Shown: positions 10,172-19,755 of the stretch, in pieces
How positions within the stretch are numbered: position 1 is the stretch's first letter
Layout of the letters: every line of letters begins with the position of its first letter
Origin: Promethearchaeota archaeon
GTDB lineage: Archaea > Asgardarchaeota > Lokiarchaeia > Sigyniarchaeales > SOKP01
Assembly (NCBI GenBank): GCA_011364975.1
Contig: RDOE01000009.1
Span: 1 to 62,860, forward strand
Direction of reading: 5' to 3'
DNA: 62,860 bases
Position numbers and translations under genes: made by a program
Notes under the pieces: model-generated
Database searches by the model: none
What the model saw: the letters and a program-made list of their open reading frames with translations, nothing else
What the model was told of the DNA's origin: nothing

Positions 10172-11216
10172 AACAAAAGAATTATTAAAAAGATTTGAAA
10201 GTGGGGCTCAATCCTGGACGGATTATGAAGATTATCTTAAATTGAATTCTCAAGAGATCGAACCTTTCCTGCAACTAGCCTTAAAGTTGAAGATGAGATA
10301 TTTTAATAATATCCTTAAAATTTATACTCCTGGAAAAAGGTTTCCGGCCATAAGTTTAACTGGAAGTCAATGTGCTTTAAGTTGTGAGCATTGTAATAAA
10401 AAATATTTAAAAAATATGCACCCAATTACTAATAATAAAGATTTAAGATCATTCTTATTAAAGCATTCTAAAGAGGGTGGCACTGGGGCTTTAATTTCAG
10501 GTGGTTGCTTACCTGATGGATCAGTTCCCTTATTAAATTATATCGAAAGTATTCAAAGTATTAAAAATGAAACTGATCTTATAATCAACGCTCATACAGG
10601 GTTAATAGATGAGAATTCAGCAAAAATGTTAGCTGAAGCTAAAGTTGATATAATTTCATTTGATTTAAATTTAGATGATGAGATCATAAAGGATATCTAT
10701 CACTTAGACAAAAATTTAGAGGATTATATCAAAGTTTTAAACATTCTTCGAAAATATAAACTAAATATTGTCCCTCATATTTGTATAGGTTTACACTATG
10801 GTAAGCTTCATAAAGAATTAGAAACGATTAGATATTTAAAAGATTCAGATTTAAATCCCTCATTAATTGTTTTAATTGCCTTAATCCCTCCAATTGATAC
10901 AAAACGTAAATTTGAAATACCTAACCCCATTGATATAGCTAAAGTTATCTCTATTATTCGTTTTGTTTTTCCGAGGACTGAGATCTCACTTGGGTGTATG
11001 AGACCACGAGGTGCTTTGAAATTGGAAATTGAAAAAATGGCTTTCAAGGCAGGAATAAATAGAATTGAAATTCCATCAAAAAAAACATTAAATTGGGCAA
11101 AAAAAGTTTTTCCAGAAATTAACTATCAATTTTTTTCTGCCTGTTGCGCAATTCCCCAAGAGTTTGAGGAATTAGCTCAGAGTAGAAACAATATTGTAAA
11201 AAAATATCAAATTTAG
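10164..11216 (+). CDS. lipS1: Radical SAM lipoyl synthase component LipS1 (start moved to ATG 10164, overlapping the lplA stop)
   Basis: CALSCEHC, LGCMRP and C-terminal ACCA motifs. Confidence 0.8.
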   Translation: MNETKELLKRFESGAQSWTDYEDYLKLNSQEIEPFLQLALKLKMRYFNNILKIYTPGKRFPAISLTGSQCALSCEHCNKKYLKNMHPITNNKDLRSFLLKHSKEGGTGALISGGCLPDGSVPLLNYIESIQSIKNETDLIINAHTGLIDENSAKMLAEAKVDIISFDLNLDDEIIKDIYHLDKNLEDYIKVLNILRKYKLNIVPHICIGLHYGKLHKELETIRYLKDSDLNPSLIVLIALIPPIDTKRKFEIPNPIDIAKVISIIRFVFPRTEISLGCMRPRGALKLEIEKMAFKAGINRIEIPSKKTLNWAKKVFPEINYQFFSACCAIPQEFEELAQSRNNIVKKYQI

Positions 11217-11241
11217 TAAATACTATATTTATAAGATAATA

Positions 11242-12645
11242 ATGGATCAAAAAATTCAAATTATCGGATTAAGAGGAATTCCCTTAGTTAAACCAGGGGA
11301 CGATATTGCTAAAATAATATTAGAGGCTTTAAAAAACGATAATCTTACTTTAGAGAATGGAGATATTATTGTTATAGCACAATCGATAATTTCTAAAAGT
11401 ATTGGTAGGATAAAAGATTTAAAAGAGATTAAGCCTAGCGAAGAAGCATATCACCTTTATGAAAAGATGGAACCATTATGTAAAGATTTTGAGTTACCTA
11501 TTAAAAGTCCTGAATTAATACAAGCTATTTTAGATGAATCTCGCGAAATTTTAAAAGCTGAACATGTTATGATTGTCGAAACTAAACAAGGATTTGTATG
11601 TGCGAATGCAGGTATCGATAAATCTAATGTTGAAGGTGAGTCCAATATTACCTTTTTACCAGAGAACTCTGATTTTGAAGCAATTAAAATACATAATACC
11701 TTCTATGGACAAACTGGAAGTCATGTAGGAGTTATAATTTCAGACTCATTTGGTAGAGCATTCAGAGTAGGAGCCGTTGGAGTGGCAATTGGGGTAGCTG
11801 GTATTAATCCTATCTTAGATAAAAGAGGATCACTGGATCTTTATGGCAAAGAGTTAAAAACTACGATTGTGGGACAGATTGACAATTTAGCATCGGCTGC
11901 ACAATTGATAATGGGAGAATCTAATGAAGGTATACCTGTAGTACTCATACGTGGCTATAAATTTGATTTCGTAAAAAGTAGTAATATTAATCAAATTTTA
12001 AGAAAAAAAGAAAGTGATTTATTTAGATTAGAGAATAAAAAAGATGAATTTTTAGGTCTACTGAAATCTCGTAGAAGTTATAAATTAAAGTTCAGTGAAA
12101 AAAAGATAGAAAAAAAGGTTATTATGCAATGTATAGAGATAGCACGATGGGCCCCAAGCGCTCACAATGGGCAATTTTGGCGTTATATTCTTCTAGAGAA
12201 AGATAAACTCCGTTATGAATTAATTGAAAATATGAATAATAAGTTAAAAGAAGATTTAACCAGAGATGGAAAATCTGAGCAAGAAATTAAAGAAAAAGTT
12301 AGCAAAACTAAAAAGAATTTTATTAAGTCACCATATTTAATTTTATTATGCTTAGATAAGAATGATTTGTATCATTTCAATGATTTGGAAAGGGATCAAA
12401 ATGAATATATCATGGGAATTCAAAGTATTAGTGCTTCAGCAACGTATCTTCAACTCGCTTTTGAAGCGCTTGGTTTAGCCTCTTGCTGGTATTGTGCTCC
12501 TTTATTCACAAAAGAAATTATAACTGATACGTTAAATTTGCCTTCTTCATACGTCCCCATGGCTTTTTTTACAGTAGGATACCCTTTACAAGAAGTTAAA
12601 GCTCCAAAGCGAAGACCATTAAATGAAATTATTTATAAAAATTAG
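11242..12645 (+). CDS. cofE: F420-0:gamma-glutamyl ligase CofE fused to a nitroreductase domain (FbiB-like)
   Basis: CANAGIDKSN and SDSFGRAFR in the N-half; SRRS, APSAHNGQFW and GLASCW nitroreductase motifs in the C-half. Confidence 0.9.
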   Translation: MDQKIQIIGLRGIPLVKPGDDIAKIILEALKNDNLTLENGDIIVIAQSIISKSIGRIKDLKEIKPSEEAYHLYEKMEPLCKDFELPIKSPELIQAILDESREILKAEHVMIVETKQGFVCANAGIDKSNVEGESNITFLPENSDFEAIKIHNTFYGQTGSHVGVIISDSFGRAFRVGAVGVAIGVAGINPILDKRGSLDLYGKELKTTIVGQIDNLASAAQLIMGESNEGIPVVLIRGYKFDFVKSSNINQILRKKESDLFRLENKKDEFLGLLKSRRSYKLKFSEKKIEKKVIMQCIEIARWAPSAHNGQFWRYILLEKDKLRYELIENMNNKLKEDLTRDGKSEQEIKEKVSKTKKNFIKSPYLILLCLDKNDLYHFNDLERDQNEYIMGIQSISASATYLQLAFEALGLASCWYCAPLFTKEIITDTLNLPSSYVPMAFFTVGYPLQEVKAPKRRPLNEIIYKN

Positions 12646-13600
12646 CTTGAAAACGGTGATAAAAATATCAGAAAAGTTTTATTTAGTCCTTGCAGGAGGA
12701 GTAGGAGCAGCGAAATTTATTGAAGGGTTAGTCCAGGTTATAAATCCTAAATTATTAAAAATTATTGTTAATACCGGCGATGATATTGAATTATATGGTT
12801 TGAAAATCTGTCCTGATTTAGATATAATTACTTATACCTTGGCAAATATAATTGATAAGGAAAAAGGATGGGGCTTTCAAAATGAATCTTTTCACTGTTT
12901 AAATGTTTTGAAGGTATATTATAATTTAGGTTGGTTTAATTTAGGTGATAAAGATCTAGCAACACATATTTTTCGTACTGATTTAATGAGAAGCGGGTAT
13001 TCAAAAGCAGAAGCAACAGCAATTATTTGTAAAAAGCTTGGTGTTATTTCTGAACTGATTCCAATGAGTAATGAAGATGTGCAAACAATAATTCATACAC
13101 CAACGAAAGCTATGCATTTTGAGGAGTACTATATTAAATACAAATGCGAGCCAAAAGTATTAAATATTGAATTTAAAGGAATTGAACATGCAAAACCGAT
13201 TAATAAGATTTTGGAATATATCCATAATGCATACAAAATTTATATTTCTCCCTCAAACCCAATCGTTTCGATTGGTACAATTCTTAGTTTACCCAAAATA
13301 AAGGAAAGTCTAGAAAAAGTAAAAGATAAAGTAATTGCAATAAGTCCTATTATTGCAGGGACTACAATAAAAGGACCTGCAGATAAATTAATGCAATCAC
13401 TCGGTTTAGAGGTTAGTTCCTTTGGAGTTGCTGAGTATTATAAGGATTTTGTAGCTCATTTCGTAATTGATAACATCGATTATAAATTAAAATCAAGGAT
13501 TGAAAGTTTAGGAATTTCTACTTATTGTTATGATACGATAATGACAAATTTAGAGAAAAAGAAAGCACTGGGAAATTTTGTATTAAATATCCCATCTTAA
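12623..13600 (+). CDS. cofD: 2-phospho-L-lactate transferase (true start probably near 12656-12665)
   Basis: LAGGVGAAKF, NTGDD, CPDLD, LGDKD, SNPIVSIG and KGPADK. Confidence 0.93.
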   Translation: MKLFIKISLKTVIKISEKFYLVLAGGVGAAKFIEGLVQVINPKLLKIIVNTGDDIELYGLKICPDLDIITYTLANIIDKEKGWGFQNESFHCLNVLKVYYNLGWFNLGDKDLATHIFRTDLMRSGYSKAEATAIICKKLGVISELIPMSNEDVQTIIHTPTKAMHFEEYYIKYKCEPKVLNIEFKGIEHAKPINKILEYIHNAYKIYISPSNPIVSIGTILSLPKIKESLEKVKDKVIAISPIIAGTTIKGPADKLMQSLGLEVSSFGVAEYYKDFVAHFVIDNIDYKLKSRIESLGISTYCYDTIMTNLEKKKALGNFVLNIPS

Positions 13601-13607
13601 TTATATA

Positions 13608-15053
13608 TTAGGAGATTGGGGTTGTAGATTCTTGTAATTCAATTTCTTCTGAGTCCTTTTCCACTTTTTTAACGTAATCTCCCACTGAAGCCAAGATTTC
13701 TTTAATCCTTCCTTCTTGCTGTAACCGAATAATTAAATTTCTGTGCTTAATAGTCGAAACTATTTTTGAGATCACAGGAAATATTAAAATTAGAGGTGCT
13801 AATAAAATCACGATCACTTCCGGCGAAAAAATGGCAACACTTTCTGTAATTGCTGGCGGTAAGTTAAACACATCTTCTAAAAACCATTTGGGATGTATAA
13901 TGATAAAACTTATTATAATTAAGAGGCTTACTCGAAAAATAAAATTGAGAACTGTTGAAAGTATAAGACTCTGAGACTTAGGTGCAGCGCTTCTTGCTGT
14001 TAATGTATCTCTGGCTTCAGAATCTTCTTGGAAAAGTCTTTGGATATATCTCCCAAGCCGTCTAGTCTTTGATGCCGCTGTAACAAGCTTTTTTTCTTCA
14101 TCTTCTAATTTACGTCTTTCTATCATTTCTTTGATATATGAGAATCCTTCTCCTGTTTTAGAAAAAAATTTGCCAATAGTCGCTTTTTCCTCTATTTTAA
14201 GCTCTTCTCGCCTTTTTTTGGCTTCGTCTTTAATTTTATCTACATTTGCTATAACAAAATGTGACTCACTCTGCAAGATACTTAATTGAGCATCTAATCT
14301 GTTTTTCCTCTCCAAAGAAGGTTTTGACACCGTGTAGGTATAGTTTATTTGAAAGGATATTTCCAAATATATATATGAAAGAATCGCGAGAAGAATTACG
14401 GAACTAGCGAAGAATTGAAAGATATCATTAATTGGTATTTCATGAAGCGAAATATCAAGAGGATTAGCAAGATTTTCTAAAAGAGGAAGAGTAATATTAA
14501 ATAAAGCTAGCATTTCTCTAAATCCAAAAACCATCAACGGTATGACAATCATTAGTACTAATGCTCCTATAGCGATCATATCTTTTTTTGGGTCAGTTCT
14601 TAAAAATGCTCTAACCACATAAATAATAGATATAATGTATAGTATTTGAAAGGCAAAAAGGTAAATATTCTCGGTAAAAATGGTAAATTCAAATCCAATT
14701 AGATCTAAAATTTGATTTAATTCAGGTGGATTACCGCTTGGAAAAGTAAACCATAAACTAATTAACCCTCTAAAAAATTGTTCTATTAATCTAAACATCA
14801 CCGGTTGTAAACCATATCCTATTAAGATGAATGAAGCAACCATTGCAGCGCCCATAGCAACCATATAAGCTGCTCCAAATATTAAAAGTGAAACAATAGT
14901 TCTTAAACTAGTTATAAAAGCGTTAAAAACTAACTCACCATTTTCCGTAGTAAGAACGGTCTCAAAATGAAATATAGATGAAAATATTATCAATAACCAA
15001 ACAAAGATTAATATATTAATGATTTTTAAAATAAGTATATAATATCTTGTCAT
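13608..15053 (-). CDS. Multi-pass membrane protein with a cytoplasmic charged/coiled-coil loop; last gene of the MoxR operon
   Basis: Several hydrophobic segments; 4-nt gap to the DUF58 gene. Confidence 0.7.
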   Translation of the reverse strand: MTRYYILILKIINILIFVWLLIIFSSIFHFETVLTTENGELVFNAFITSLRTIVSLLIFGAAYMVAMGAAMVASFILIGYGLQPVMFRLIEQFFRGLISLWFTFPSGNPPELNQILDLIGFEFTIFTENIYLFAFQILYIISIIYVVRAFLRTDPKKDMIAIGALVLMIVIPLMVFGFREMLALFNITLPLLENLANPLDISLHEIPINDIFQFFASSVILLAILSYIYLEISFQINYTYTVSKPSLERKNRLDAQLSILQSESHFVIANVDKIKDEAKKRREELKIEEKATIGKFFSKTGEGFSYIKEMIERRKLEDEEKKLVTAASKTRRLGRYIQRLFQEDSEARDTLTARSAAPKSQSLILSTVLNFIFRVSLLIIISFIIIHPKWFLEDVFNLPPAITESVAIFSPEVIVILLAPLILIFPVISKIVSTIKHRNLIIRLQQEGRIKEILASVGDYVKKVEKDSEEIELQESTTPIS

Positions 15054-15057
15054 TTTT

Positions 15058-16386
15058 TTAATACGCCTTTCCTTTTTTCTTTGCTTCCATATAATTGCTA
15101 ATTATTTGATTCATCATATCATCAGGTCCGACCGTTATAAGATTGACTCCTAAATTTTTTATACCTTGCTTAACTATTAAAATATGCTCCATCATTTCCT
15201 CACTTATCGCTTCAGCAAGTGCTTTATCAGTTGTAGATAAATCTACTTCATGTATTTCAAACCAAGGACTGAAAGGATTTATTATTATGATAGTATGGTT
15301 GAAAGGTATTAATTTCCGAATAGCTTGACCAAATTCATTCGGATTTACTTCTAAATCGGTAATTAGAAAAACTAAACTTCGTTTCTGAAATCGGCGATTC
15401 AGATAATCCATAGCTTCTACAATCCTACATTTTCCTTGTGGTTTAATTTTAGCTACAAAGTCTAAGACTTGATAAAAATGATCCTCGCCTCTTCCTGGTT
15501 TTAGAAATTGATAATTTTTTCTATCGGAGAAGGTAAACACTCCTACATTATCTCTTCGTGTTAATGCCACTTTAGTTAGTAGCATACAAGCTCTGATCGC
15601 GTATTCAAACTTAGTATTTTCTATTGCTCCTCCTGCCATAGAATTTGAGGAGTCAACTACTATCATTACGGTAACATCTCTCTCACTTTCAAATTCTTTT
15701 ACTATTAATTTTTGGGTACGAGCACTGGCTTTCCAATCTATTAATCGAAATTGATCACCAAATACATATTTTCTCATTCCATAGAATTCTGAGCCTAACC
15801 CTTTTTGTTTTGATCTTTGAAGTCCGTAATTTAAGTTTAATGAACGTTTCGAACCTAAAATCTCTATTCTTTTAATATCCTCATAAGGAGGATAGATTAA
15901 AATATCTGAAACGCTATCTGGTACAATTCTTTCCACGGAGTTAAATCCAAGTCTATCTTTTACTGTAACAGAAAGAGGTCCTAGAGGATATTCACCTCTT
16001 ACTTTTGGTTCAAGAACATAACTAAACTTAATTATGCCCTTAGGTCCAATTCTGGTGGATATAAAATTTTCTCCCAGTACTAAACGGAAAAGTTGTGGAT
16101 TATAATAATCTCTTATTTCGAGGAATTCAAAGCTATTTTTCCCAGTATTTTCGACTATCACTTTAATGTGCACAAAATCATCCTTAAACACTTTCTCTTT
16201 TTCAAGTTCTCTCTTAACTTTCAACTCTTCAATATTCATCTGCCAATAGAAAAGTGGTAAACTAATTACTGTGCTGAAAATCAATAGCACAGCGAAGTAA
16301 ATCAAAAAGTAATTAACAAAGGCAAAACCTGCTGTGAGAAAAAATACTGAAAATAGTATTAAAGCTCTCCCTTTTCCTCCTAACAT
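15058..16386 (-). CDS. DUF58 / VWA-like MoxR partner protein
   Basis: GSEFYGMRKYVFGD..RLIDWKASAR..LIVKEFE, DSSNSM MIDAS-like motif and an N-terminal TM. Confidence 0.9.
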   Translation of the reverse strand: MLGGKGRALILFSVFFLTAGFAFVNYFLIYFAVLLIFSTVISLPLFYWQMNIEELKVKRELEKEKVFKDDFVHIKVIVENTGKNSFEFLEIRDYYNPQLFRLVLGENFISTRIGPKGIIKFSYVLEPKVRGEYPLGPLSVTVKDRLGFNSVERIVPDSVSDILIYPPYEDIKRIEILGSKRSLNLNYGLQRSKQKGLGSEFYGMRKYVFGDQFRLIDWKASARTQKLIVKEFESERDVTVMIVVDSSNSMAGGAIENTKFEYAIRACMLLTKVALTRRDNVGVFTFSDRKNYQFLKPGRGEDHFYQVLDFVAKIKPQGKCRIVEAMDYLNRRFQKRSLVFLITDLEVNPNEFGQAIRKLIPFNHTIIIINPFSPWFEIHEVDLSTTDKALAEAISEEMMEHILIVKQGIKNLGVNLITVGPDDMMNQIISNYMEAKKKGKAY

Positions 16387-16462
16387 TATAATCCTCTTCT
16401 AATATTCTTGTACGTGATTTTCCATTGCAAATTTAAAAGTTTATTTATTTAATATATAATAT

Positions 16463-17443
16463 TTAGATAGGGACGGGAATATCTTCGATAATATTCTTGA
16501 TCACGGTTTTTACATCCAATCCTTCAAGTTCAGCTTCTGGTTTTAATAAAAGACGATGGTTCAAAGTAGGAACTGCTAAGGCGCGAACATCATCAGGAGT
16601 AACGTATACTCTCCCCAAGATTGCTGCTCTTGCTTTAGAGCAATTCATTAATACTAAAGATGCTCTTGGTCCGCAACCCAATCCAATTTGGGGATGATTC
16701 CTTGTTTTTAAGATAATATCTCGTATATATTTAAGAATTCTATCGTCGATGTAGACCATATTCATTAATTTCTGAGCTGCTAATATTTCTTCACCATTAG
16801 TGATTTCTTCTACTGAGGGGGATTCTCCTGAAATCTGTCTTCTCATAATATCAACTTCTTCGTCTTGTTCGGGATAATCCAACCATAACTTAAATAGAAA
16901 TCTGTCTACTTGCGCTTCAGGAAGAGGGTACGTTCCTTCCATTTCAACAGGATTTTCTGTAGCTATTACAATAAATGGTTTTTCTAATGGTAGGGTTTGA
17001 CCCTCTATAGTTACTTGTCGTTCAGCCATAGATTCTAATAATGCTGCTTGGGTTTTTGGTGCGCTTCTATTGATTTCATCCGCAAGCACAACATTGGCAA
17101 AGATGGGACCTTTTTGAAGTACGAAAGTTCCTTGTTCTTGAGAAAATATTTTAGTACCAGTAATATCACTTGGTAATAAATCAGGTGTGAATTGTACTCT
17201 ACGAAATGAAATACCAAGTGTTTTAGCAAATGTTTTAGCCATCACAGTCTTTCCTAACCCAGGAACGCCTTCTAAAAGCACGTGCCCATTTACAAGTAAC
17301 GCAATAAATAATTGTTGTAAGATCTCTCCATTTCCAACAATTACTCTGCTCACCTCTGAAAGTACTTCTTGAGCGATCCCTCTAATTGGAGAAACATCTA
17401 ATTTTTCCCTATCATAATATTTTGCTTTATCTGGAGCTTCCAT
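16463..17443 (-). CDS. moxR: MoxR-proper AAA+ ATPase
   Basis: GHVLLEGVPGLGKT, RVQFTPDLLPSD, LADEINR and YPLPEAQVDRF. Confidence 0.95.
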   Translation of the reverse strand: MEAPDKAKYYDREKLDVSPIRGIAQEVLSEVSRVIVGNGEILQQLFIALLVNGHVLLEGVPGLGKTVMAKTFAKTLGISFRRVQFTPDLLPSDITGTKIFSQEQGTFVLQKGPIFANVVLADEINRSAPKTQAALLESMAERQVTIEGQTLPLEKPFIVIATENPVEMEGTYPLPEAQVDRFLFKLWLDYPEQDEEVDIMRRQISGESPSVEEITNGEEILAAQKLMNMVYIDDRILKYIRDIILKTRNHPQIGLGCGPRASLVLMNCSKARAAILGRVYVTPDDVRALAVPTLNHRLLLKPEAELEGLDVKTVIKNIIEDIPVPI

Positions 17444-17489
17444 TTTTTTTCCTCTTTATTTGTTTTGTTTTTTATTTTTATTTTTGAGT

Positions 17490-19220
17490 TTATAAATTAT
17501 TTACTACCCATTCCATCTCGAAGAATAGGTCGTCAAAATCTTGTTCACTTCGAACTTTACTCTTACCTATTTTAATAGATAATATTCTTTCAATAAATCT
17601 TGAAATTCGTTTAATTTTCAATTTATTAATTTTTGGATCTTTAGAAATGACCATATCCACTACATTTTTGGTTGTAACTTTTTTTCCTCTTAAAAGTGCG
17701 TTTAATTTTCGATCGAGCCTTCTATTTAAAAGGATCAAAGCCTTATCATACCTATTTTTTTCTCTATACCATTGAATTTTTTCAGCAAAAAAGGAGGAAG
17801 TTCGAAACCTTTCCTTCTCTTCTTTCTTTTCTAATTGTTCTGCTTTCTTTTTTTCTTCCTTTTCGCTTTTTTTAGGTAAATATTTCTTTAGAGTATAGAC
17901 GGCTAAGAGGGGATAAATCCAAGCAGTTATAGGATTTGTACTTAAATGAATGATATATTGTGTAATAATACCATAAATTCCAGCTGAAGTTAAATCCCGT
18001 GAATATTCCGGTCTTATATGCGCTTCATCAAAAACTACAACCCAATTATCCTTAGGTTCACCAAAAGTTAACCAATTTATTATATTAATCCCAAAATCGC
18101 GATTATCATAACCAGGTAACCAGAGCAGTTCATTATTGAATAAACTTGCATCTGAAGATAGGAATATTCTGGAACTACTAGAATCTTTAGCCATGAAAAC
18201 TCCTTGTGAATACCCTCCAAGAGGCCATTTATCGGGGAAAGGGAGTAATCCAGTTACTAAACTTAAATCAACATAATCATCATTGAAATTGTACATCTTA
18301 TCTCCATTTTTGTCTACATAACCATATTCTGTAGATGAACCGACTAAATCCCACCCAAAAAAGGAGATGAAAGGGCCCCCTACAACTGTTGATGCTTGAG
18401 AAAGGATTACTTGACTAATTCCATTAGTAGTAGGATGTGCTTCAAAATTTTTAATTACAGGAAAATCAGGTCTTGTGTCAAATGAATCATTATCATATAA
18501 AGTACCATCAGCGAAGAGTGTTACAGGAATTAACCCTTGAAGATCGGGGTCTAAAGCACTAGCAATAAATATTTCCCATAAAAGAGTACTTGTACTTCCA
18601 TGATCATGACATATAAATAATGAATTTCTTATATTTGATTCAAAGAAGTCAATAAAGTAGGGAATTTCAAAAATAGGATTATAATACTGATTGGGCCCCA
18701 GTAGGATCAAAAGTATTGATTTATTTAATCTTTCTGTTGCGCTTAAACTAGATTGTATAGTCATAACATCATAACCCTCTTGTTCTATAGTATGTTTAAA
18801 ATCTGAAGCACCATTCCAATCACTATTATAAACTGAAAAGTTTTGATCATTTACTCCTTGATCAAAAATAGGACTTAACAACGGAATAAAAACAAGTATA
18901 AAAATTACTAACAGTAAAGCCTCTTTATAAATTGACCCTTTTTTAAGTTTTTTTCTTGATTGTACTTCTCTGGATTGTTGTTTGGTTGCATTTCGAATAA
19001 AAATAATTAAGCCAAATCCAATGAAAAGTGCTCCAATGTAGCATACCAGCGGGATATAGGTTATATAAATTGGTAACGATTGCCCTTGATACGATGGGTA
19101 AATCTCAATAAAGTTGGATATAAAAATACCATAAAATATTAAAAATATGGTAAAAAATCCTAATATTATTCCCTTTGAGAGCCTAACATTATTTACATTA
19201 CTACTTCCAATACTTGACAT
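17490..19220 (-). CDS. DUF4350-like membrane-anchored protein of the MoxR operon
   Basis: N-terminal TMs, FSVYNSDWNGAS, SDASLFNN and VVFDEAH motifs. Confidence 0.7.
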   Translation of the reverse strand: MSSIGSSNVNNVRLSKGIILGFFTIFLIFYGIFISNFIEIYPSYQGQSLPIYITYIPLVCYIGALFIGFGLIIFIRNATKQQSREVQSRKKLKKGSIYKEALLLVIFILVFIPLLSPIFDQGVNDQNFSVYNSDWNGASDFKHTIEQEGYDVMTIQSSLSATERLNKSILLILLGPNQYYNPIFEIPYFIDFFESNIRNSLFICHDHGSTSTLLWEIFIASALDPDLQGLIPVTLFADGTLYDNDSFDTRPDFPVIKNFEAHPTTNGISQVILSQASTVVGGPFISFFGWDLVGSSTEYGYVDKNGDKMYNFNDDYVDLSLVTGLLPFPDKWPLGGYSQGVFMAKDSSSSRIFLSSDASLFNNELLWLPGYDNRDFGINIINWLTFGEPKDNWVVVFDEAHIRPEYSRDLTSAGIYGIITQYIIHLSTNPITAWIYPLLAVYTLKKYLPKKSEKEEKKKAEQLEKKEEKERFRTSSFFAEKIQWYREKNRYDKALILLNRRLDRKLNALLRGKKVTTKNVVDMVISKDPKINKLKIKRISRFIERILSIKIGKSKVRSEQDFDDLFFEMEWVVNNL

Positions 19221-19274
19221 GTTTTATTCTTTCAATTAGTAAATTTTTTATTATGAAAATTCACTCTTAGTTAT

Positions 19275-19658
19275 TTAAAAACTAAGTGCTGGGACAGATT
19301 TTCCTGTAACTTCATTATATAAATTCGAAAATAATTCTATTGTATAATTCAACTCTTTGCTAGTTGGTTCTATTCCTCCATATATAATATCCTCAATCTT
19401 TTTAATAAAGGGGTAAATTGTTTCTGGTTTTTGTCCAAGCTCATTCACACACGTTATTGCATATTCTCGAATAGTTTGATATGCTAATCGTGGTTTTTTA
19501 TGTTTCAAGGTAATGATATCGTTATAGATCAGATATATGTAGGCAATAGCTTCTTTGGATCTACTAGTCTCAACAAGAACTTTCACATTCTCGAATTTTT
19601 GTTTAATATCTACTTCTGGTTCTTGAGTTTTTTTTGATCTCTTCACTTTTGGTGCCAT
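19275..19658 (-). CDS. DUF4129-like small protein
   Basis: QTIREYA...EDIIYG; similar to the C-terminus of 19756-21315. Confidence 0.65.
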   Translation of the reverse strand: MAPKVKRSKKTQEPEVDIKQKFENVKVLVETSRSKEAIAYIYLIYNDIITLKHKKPRLAYQTIREYAITCVNELGQKPETIYPFIKKIEDIIYGGIEPTSKELNYTIELFSNLYNEVTGKSVPALSF

Positions 19659-19755
19659 ATTATTTACCTTTTTCTGTTATTTATATCGTTTATATATTTT
19701 TTTTATTTATTTTTTTGGTTATTTGGTATTATCTTTTTTTAAGATCATTATTTTA

